The notes under the pieces: generated by a model
What the model was told of the DNA's origin: nothing
What the model saw: only the letters and a program-made list of their open reading frames with translations
The model's database searches: none
Virus record (IMG/VR): IMGVR_UViG_3300014208_001433
Location: 1 to 64,000 of that record
Reading direction: 5' to 3' (one strand)
Source: a virus
DNA length: 64,000 nucleotides
Translations under genes and position numbers: made by a program
Shown: piece after piece, positions 58,246-64,000 of the stretch
How positions within the stretch are numbered: the stretch's first letter is position 1
Layout: the number at the start of each line of letters is the position of its first letter

Positions 58246-58605
58246 ATGTTGGTAATAGAAGTGTTGATTTATCTTGCCGCTGTTTTTTTGTTGACGGCGT
58301 TTGGAGCGTTACTTTATATTGTATTGACTAATCCGTACAGAGATAAATTATTAAAAAGATTAGATACAATGTTATGCGAGAAAGACGGTTTTTGGAGTAG
58401 TACCCGTTTCAGATTTCTCTTGGAAACACTTATTGCTAACGCATCATTTTGGGGATTGGTAATTTATCTAACCATAAAGAACAGCAAATTTCCCAACATC
58501 CCGGAAAGCATTTTAATTGCTTACGGAGGCATACAGATAATTTCAGCAGTATTAAAATTTAAACAGAAAACCGTTGAGACGGAAGAACCGGCAGAAGAGA
58601 AGTAG
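58246..58605 (+). CDS. Holin-like membrane protein
   Basis: Three TM helices, SSTRF motif, charged tail. Confidence 0.45.
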   Translation: MLVIEVLIYLAAVFLLTAFGALLYIVLTNPYRDKLLKRLDTMLCEKDGFWSSTRFRFLLETLIANASFWGLVIYLTIKNSKFPNIPESILIAYGGIQIISAVLKFKQKTVETEEPAEEK

Positions 58606-58614
58606 AGATGTGCA

Positions 58615-59691
58615 ATGAAGACAATAAAAAAAGGGATTTCACAACTTATAACCCTTGATCAGACATTATTAGGCAGCGGAAAACACGTTTACTTGACGAT
58701 GATCGGTGAAGACGGTTCGGTGATTAAAAACTCTTCAGCGGCAGATATAAAAGATTTATCACTTTCCTACAACGCAACTTCATCTCTCTATGAAGCAGCC
58801 GTAACTGTAGCCTCGGATGAGCCGGAACAATATGTCCGGCTCTTCTTTTATGCTACAGACGCGAACGTAGAGAATAAATATTATCCGGAAGATGCAAAAT
58901 TGGAAGCAGTAGCCGGCATAATTACAACCGAGGCTGAAATTGTACCGGTACAGTTTTTTATTGATTATGTTCTGGCTTCTTCAAGCAGATTAGACCCGGC
59001 GTATGAAGCGGCGATAACGGCTTTTTCGGAGGATAGAGCGGGATTAAGAAGTTACTTAAAGAGCGCACAAGATACTCTTGAAAAACAATGCGAGCTTTAT
59101 TTTACCGAACGGACAAAGACCGAGAACCGTGATAATTATTTTGAAAAATTCAGTATGAATCTTTGGCAAATACAAGTTTATAACCCACCAATAAATGATT
59201 TAACAAGTGTAAAGATAAAGTACGGCAATACCGAGTTAATGGGTATTGGTGTTGATCTTTTTACGTTTGACCGCATGACGGGAATAATTGAATTTTTACC
59301 TTTACCAACTGGTGGAACAGCAGGGCTTTATACTTTGCTGTTAGGCAGTTTAAGCGCGTTGGGTTTATCTGTTTTAACCGGCGGAGCGCTGGAACGGATA
59401 CCAAACTTTTTTGAGGTAACGTACAAAACGGGGTTAGTTTATGCAGGCGCAGACCCGTTTGAAGTTGAAGGGATAAGACAGGCTATTTGCCGCAGAGCAT
59501 TCCTAAGTTTGGTCCATCATGTAGATCCCGCGGCAAGAGTAGTTAGCGAAAGTGAAAGCATTGACGGAGTTGCAAGCAGTATTAGTTCGGGAGTTGCTAA
59601 GGTAATTACCGAACTGAAACAGGACGAAGTAAGTTATTTAAACGGTTTGCGGCAGAAGTACGGGAAGAACTTTAATGTAGTTATCGGGTAA
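58615..59691 (+). CDS. Head-tail adaptor/neck protein
   Basis: YLKSAQDTLEKQ, IPNFFEVTYKTG, SESIDGVASS, LRQKYG. Confidence 0.7.
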   Translation: MKTIKKGISQLITLDQTLLGSGKHVYLTMIGEDGSVIKNSSAADIKDLSLSYNATSSLYEAAVTVASDEPEQYVRLFFYATDANVENKYYPEDAKLEAVAGIITTEAEIVPVQFFIDYVLASSSRLDPAYEAAITAFSEDRAGLRSYLKSAQDTLEKQCELYFTERTKTENRDNYFEKFSMNLWQIQVYNPPINDLTSVKIKYGNTELMGIGVDLFTFDRMTGIIEFLPLPTGGTAGLYTLLLGSLSALGLSVLTGGALERIPNFFEVTYKTGLVYAGADPFEVEGIRQAICRRAFLSLVHHVDPAARVVSESESIDGVASSISSGVAKVITELKQDEVSYLNGLRQKYGKNFNVVIG

Positions 59692-59842
59692 TTAGGAATT
59701 AGGAATTAGGAATAAACTTGGAACAATATTTTGAAGCCGTTAGAAAATTGCCGGTTGGGGATTGGAAAGTAATTGCGGAGTTCCATAGGATAATTATGAA
59801 TTATAAAAAGATGAAGCGGTTAGCTGATAAGCATAAAATAAA

Positions 59843-60634
59843 ATGTTAAAAATTATTGATGAAAATATTGTACGGAGTCTAAGACGGTTCGGGCAAACGG
59901 TAAAGCATTACCCGGGCACGTTGTGCAGTTGCATTGGTGAAAATAACGGTGTGCCGTTATTAAACCATACTTGCAACCAGGGTTATTATTACGGAGCGCC
60001 GGAAACAATTATTGCAATACGCACGGCGATATCTTACAAATACCTAAACACGCCGCAAGGGGTAATTTATGACGGAGGCGCAACATTTACCATCCCAAGA
60101 TTGAATTTAAGCGGAGCCGAACAGAGAGCTTATTCTGTTATTACGCACGGAGATATTTTGGTTTGTGATAATAAGACCAGACGTGACACAGATATACTGA
60201 AGCGTGGAACCCGTGATTTTATTTACGCTTTTGATATTACCGAAGTAATTGGCATATACCGTAACAACACAAAATATGATGCAACGGATTACACAATTAT
60301 TGAGGATGATTATAAAACGTTACTTGGTGATGACGGTTTACCGCTTACCGATGAGAACGGAGTACCAACGGGAGAAGTAAGAGACAAAGCGGATATTGTG
60401 GGTAAATTAATGGCGGTTGTTTGGGCAACCGGCAAAGGACCGGCAACGGGTGAAAGTTACACGGTGGAATTCATTTGTGCTCAACAGTTTAAAGTATGGG
60501 AAGATGCGGGAAGTGATAGGGGAACGGATGAAAACAGACTACCGAAAAAGATGCTTACCGTATTAAGAAGATTTGTTACACCGGTGGAAAATAACCTTGA
60601 CACCGTAGAAACGACACAGGAGTTGTACACATGA
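59843..60634 (+). CDS. Head-closure/neck protein
   Basis: GQTVKH...LCSC...C.QGYYY, LPKKML; follows adaptor. Confidence 0.6.
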   Translation: MLKIIDENIVRSLRRFGQTVKHYPGTLCSCIGENNGVPLLNHTCNQGYYYGAPETIIAIRTAISYKYLNTPQGVIYDGGATFTIPRLNLSGAEQRAYSVITHGDILVCDNKTRRDTDILKRGTRDFIYAFDITEVIGIYRNNTKYDATDYTIIEDDYKTLLGDDGLPLTDENGVPTGEVRDKADIVGKLMAVVWATGKGPATGESYTVEFICAQQFKVWEDAGSDRGTDENRLPKKMLTVLRRFVTPVENNLDTVETTQELYT

Positions 60635-63600
60635 TAATTACATTATTTGGAAAGTCAATAAAATTTGGGAAGAACCCGAACCAGATAGATATGTTTGCAA
60701 CCGCCGGAGCGGAAAAGGAATTTGCGCCAGGGGATAAACGCAGACTTGAACTTACAAGCGGCGGGAAGTTGCGTTGGAAGAATGCGGATGAGGAAGGGAG
60801 TGGAAAGTTGAAGGTTGAAAGTGGAAAGAATGCAACTCCGAACAATCAAAACATTAGAGAGGAAAAAGGTTTATTCAAAGAAGCGTATGAACAAACGCAA
60901 GATGAATATGCGCAAAAGATGTTCAGAGGACCAATAGCTGAAGTTAAAAAATTTAAAGACCCGAATGATTTGGAAGATATTGCAATCTCTAACGAACAGC
61001 ACAAAGTTATTATTAAACACGCTATTCGAGAAGGTAAAGAGATCCCGGATGCAGTAATTGAACCTTACAAAAATTCGCATTGGGCGAAGGAATATTTGAG
61101 TAAAAAAGTTGATTACTCACAAGAGCTTATAAACACCGCGCAAACAAGTAAGACTTTCGATAAGTTTTTAACAAATGTTAGAATCCATGTATTCCCAAAC
61201 GAGTTTCTTAAAAAAGAGTTGGGGTTAGGAGATGACAACGTACAAAATAGAAAAAAACTTAATGACTATTACAACAGGCAAAAAGCAGAGCATAGAGAAC
61301 AACGTAAAAAAGATAAAGAAGAAGGGGATAAGGCAATTGCCGAATTGCATGTAGATCAAATAGAAAAATTAGCACTTCAACAGTATGGCGGGAAAGTGGG
61401 GAAAGAAAAAAAGATTGATGATGATAAAATTGCAGAGTTGTATAGGAATAGCCCGATATCTATTCAAGTGGATAAGATGAGCAATAAAGCGCAAGAAATT
61501 TATAATAACGCCGGGAACCAGGCAGAAAAACAAATTGCATTTGATCTTTGGAATTATGGGAATGGGATACAGGATGAGTTTGTAGAAAAGTACGTTAAAG
61601 GGGAAAAGATAAGTACTGAAGATGTTATGGAAGTAAAGAGAATTGCAAACATATTGATAAAAGGCGCTGATGAAGAATTTGAGAAAGTAAAAAATGGGAG
61701 TAAGGCAAAAATTACGATCAAGAAAAAGAAAGAAGAGCCGGTTAAAAAAGAACCTTGGGAGAGAACTTTATCGGATATGATACAAAATGAAATTACAAAC
61801 CGTGAAATTTTTGGACCGGAAAGTTATCCTAAATGGATAACGGATAATACTAAAGTGGAAATTGCAGACCGAAGAACCGGAATTGTTTATGATCATTTTA
61901 CTCTTGCAAGCCCAACACAGGAAAGATTAAAACATTATGGGAAACTTGCACATTATGAAATTATAAAGCGAGCCTTAGTTGACGGCAAGCCCGTACCGCC
62001 GGAAGTGTTGAGGGATTATCCGGAGTTGGAAAAGGAAACTTCACTTATAAGTGAATTACCTTTTACTGCATCATTAAAAAAAGATTTAGAAAGTTACGGC
62101 GAAAAGACAAAAAATATTTTAGTTGAAGGGACGTATCAACCATTTGCTGATTGGTTTAAGAAACAATACCCGGATCAAGAATTTAAAATCGGTAAACATC
62201 AAGATGGAGGACCATTTATCGCTATAACTGGAGGAGGAGAAATTAGATATTCAGCTTATCAGAAAGATAATTCTGAAAACGAAATAAAATTATCAAAGTT
62301 AAAAAAACGGAAAGAAGTTCTTGGGGAAAAACTTTACTCCGAGAAACTTAAAAATCACAAGAAAGTATCTAATATTGGTTTTGGCACAAATATGAGGGGA
62401 TATCAAAAAACGAAACAATTAAGTTTTAGAAGAGAAGATGAATTGCAACAAAAAATAAAAGAGATTAACGAAGAAATAAAAGATTTATTACCAAAGAATG
62501 TTAGTGAATCAAATAAAAGCATCTTCAAAAATTTATTTAAAGCCTTTGGGAAACAAATATCAATGTTTGGAGCGCAGCCATATCAAAAGGAAGGGCAGAC
62601 GAAAGAGGGACGCGGAGGCACGTTGAAATTAACGAGGGACAGCTCGGGAAAGGGAGCGCATTGGAAGTTAGTCGGCAAAGGGCAATCGGCAGTGGACGGT
62701 CAGCAGTCGGCAGTTGGCAGTGGGCAAGAAAAACAAACTGGCGGAAAGATAATTACTCCGGCTAATGCTTTTGAATTGTTGCAGGATAAAATTGGTAATA
62801 GTGTGTTACTGCAGGACAATGAAGGAAACTTGTTAGGTGAGGGAGCGTTACAGCTTGTGAACGAAAACAGTGAAGGCAATTATTCTTTGTTCTTAAAAGA
62901 GGCAAATGGATTTGATTCTCTCGTATCGATACCAAAGAACCAGGCAGTTGTACAGAAGGAAGACGGGATAAGTTTTAAGTTTGCAGATAAGAATATTTTA
63001 ATATCAACAATTGAGAAAAGCAAAATTCCCAATAAGCCGGTTGAAATGGAAAAAGCCGAAGAGAACGCGAAACATGCGCGTAACTTAGAGAAGATGCGGA
63101 ATTTTAACGAATGGCAAAAGAAAGCCGACAGTTATGCAAGAACAGCGAACGGGCAAAAGGATTGGTTTTTTGGTGATATGGAAATTGCCGCCGACGCTGA
63201 AGGTTTAGAGTTTGGAGTGAAGAACCGCATCATTAAAAAAGCCGATACACTGTTTAAGGAAATAAAGAGGAACGCAACAAGGGATGATAAGGCTGAGATA
63301 TACAGCGCACTAATCGGAGCATTTGAAGTGAAAAGCGTTGCTAAGGCAAAAGCTGTTATTTCCAACTTAAAGAAGAAGGGGTATGAAATAGACGCTGATC
63401 AGTTGGACCAACCGAAGGATAAAGAAAACTTTTTTACAAGGATAAAAATAAGCAAAGGGGAAAACGATCCTTTGCCGAAGGAGTTGCAGTTTGCAACCGG
63501 TGAATATGCCTTGGCATTTGAAGAGTGCGCGAAGAAACCAAATCCTTTAAGAGAAACAGAAATGAGTTTGGGCTTAAAGATCAATGCTGAAGGGGTGCCG

Positions 63601-64000
63601 GAGTTTAACACAATTAAGAAACAATTGTTTAACCTGGCCGGAGAAGGATTGGGACAATTATGGGTTACGGGTGGTTTACCGGGAAGCGGAAAGAGCAGCA
63701 CACTTGGAGGTGAGTTTTATAAAAACAAAGTTTTGATAGATCCCGACAAAATAAAATATATGCTTGCTGAGGAAAGAGGAATATCGCAAGAAGAGGTAAA
63801 TAAAAAGCCTTGGGAATTGCATGAGGAAAGTTCGAATATTGCCAAGCATTTGGTCCGTGAAGCAATACGCGAAAAGAAAGATGTAATTTATGATGTTACC
63901 ATGAAGGGGACGGAAAATTTAAACGATCTTCTTTACATGGTGAACAGCGATACTTTTCAGGCGAATGCTGAGTTTATTCATCTCCCGATTGAAAAGGGAA
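60631..64000 (+). CDS. Third large polyvalent protein (>1120 aa, runs off window) with Zeta-toxin-type P-loop kinase
   Basis: ATGA overlap; no stop in the lines I translated and none implied by the ORF track; GGLPGSGKSS, IDPDKIK, HEESS, DVIYDVT at 63661-63900. Confidence 0.8.
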   Translation, partial: MIITLFGKSIKFGKNPNQIDMFATAGAEKEFAPGDKRRLELTSGGKLRWKNADEEGSGKLKVESGKNATPNNQNIREEKGLFKEAYEQTQDEYAQKMFRGPIAEVKKFKDPNDLEDIAISNEQHKVIIKHAIREGKEIPDAVIEPYKNSHWAKEYLSKKVDYSQELINTAQTSKTFDKFLTNVRIHVFPNEFLKKELGLGDDNVQNRKKLNDYYNRQKAEHREQRKKDKEEGDKAIAELHVDQIEKLALQQYGGKVGKEKKIDDDKIAELYRNSPISIQVDKMSNKAQEIYNNAGNQAEKQIAFDLWNYGNGIQDEFVEKYVKGEKISTEDVMEVKRIANILIKGADEEFEKVKNGSKAKITIKKKKEEPVKKEPWERTLSDMIQNEITNREIFGPESYPKWITDNTKVEIADRRTGIVYDHFTLASPTQERLKHYGKLAHYEIIKRALVDGKPVPPEVLRDYPELEKETSLISELPFTASLKKDLESYGEKTKNILVEGTYQPFADWFKKQYPDQEFKIGKHQDGGPFIAITGGGEIRYSAYQKDNSENEIKLSKLKKRKEVLGEKLYSEKLKNHKKVSNIGFGTNMRGYQKTKQLSFRREDELQQKIKEINEEIKDLLPKNVSESNKSIFKNLFKAFGKQISMFGAQPYQKEGQTKEGRGGTLKLTRDSSGKGAHWKLVGKGQSAVDGQQSAVGSGQEKQTGGKIITPANAFELLQDKIGNSVLLQDNEGNLLGEGALQLVNENSEGNYSLFLKEANGFDSLVSIPKNQAVVQKEDGISFKFADKNILISTIEKSKIPNKPVEMEKAEENAKHARNLEKMRNFNEWQKKADSYARTANGQKDWFFGDMEIAADAEGLEFGVKNRIIKKADTLFKEIKRNATRDDKAEIYSALIGAFEVKSVAKAKAVISNLKKKGYEIDADQLDQPKDKENFFTRIKISKGENDPLPKELQFATGEYALAFEECAKKPNPLRETEMSLGLKINAEGVPEFNTIKKQLFNLAGEGLGQLWVTGGLPGSGKSSTLGGEFYKNKVLIDPDKIKYMLAEERGISQEEVNKKPWELHEESSNIAKHLVREAIREKKDVIYDVTMKGTENLNDLLYMVNSDTFQANAEFIHLPIEKG

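Larger units (their letters stand above)
344..64000. mobile_element. Large temperate prophage (left part; attR not in window)
   Basis: Integrase next to tRNA, divergent repressor/cro pair, replication genes, terminase, portal, protease, capsid and neck genes; no host housekeeping genes after 343. Confidence 0.95.

Noticed and set aside
4757-59713. Repeats as a CRISPR array or telomere-like TTAGG tract
   Set aside because: Units are 7 nt, dispersed in short clusters, with no unique spacers and no cas genes
4366-63865. Numerous minus-strand ORFs of 60-195 aa
   Set aside because: They are antisense shadows of A-rich plus-strand genes (Phe/Ser/Leu-rich, no recognisable motifs)
344-64000. Diversity-generating retroelement or retron
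   Set aside because: No reverse transcriptase motif and no adenine-variable template/variable repeat pair noticed

Overview
The window starts with two host tRNA genes (Leu-TAA 19-103, Val-GAC 270-343). The rest (~344-64000, right end outside the window) is one large temperate prophage, apparently integrated at the tRNA-Val 3' end. The host is AT-rich and probably Ignavibacteria/FCB-like, which is an inference from protein styles only. Gene order: (1) tyrosine integrase, a serine-recombinase gene lacking its catalytic domain, a TPR membrane moron and a cI/cro-type switch; (2) an early/replication region with two ParB, CII-like, Xis-like, annealase-like, SbcD, SF2 helicase, SbcC, DUF5131, MazG-like, HerA-like ATPase, DUF4373 initiator with iterons, and SSB; (3) terminase, a DNA MTase and nucleases; (4) a SPO1/Twort-like head module (portal, MuF, protease/scaffold, capsid, neck) interleaved with three giant polyvalent proteins (ddrB-ParB+ART; DarB-like MTase+SNF2; a truncated ORF ending in a Zeta-type kinase). 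Most notable observations: (a) a small integron-cassette array in reverse orientation (attC geometry, ORFs starting inside the attC loop) inserted at a TAA|C site in the early operon, whose removal restores the helicase RBS; (b) the giant proteins share Phi-x-K-[SAG] motifs with the capsid and scaffold, followed by clamp-like Q-x-x-[LM]-F motifs and a shared short module, suggesting head-packaged, protease-matured polyproteins; (c) three heptamer-repeat families and a 15-bp palindrome marking gene and domain junctions; (d) recurring late-promoter and intergenic motifs. All family assignments come from motif recognition by eye; no database searches were run.
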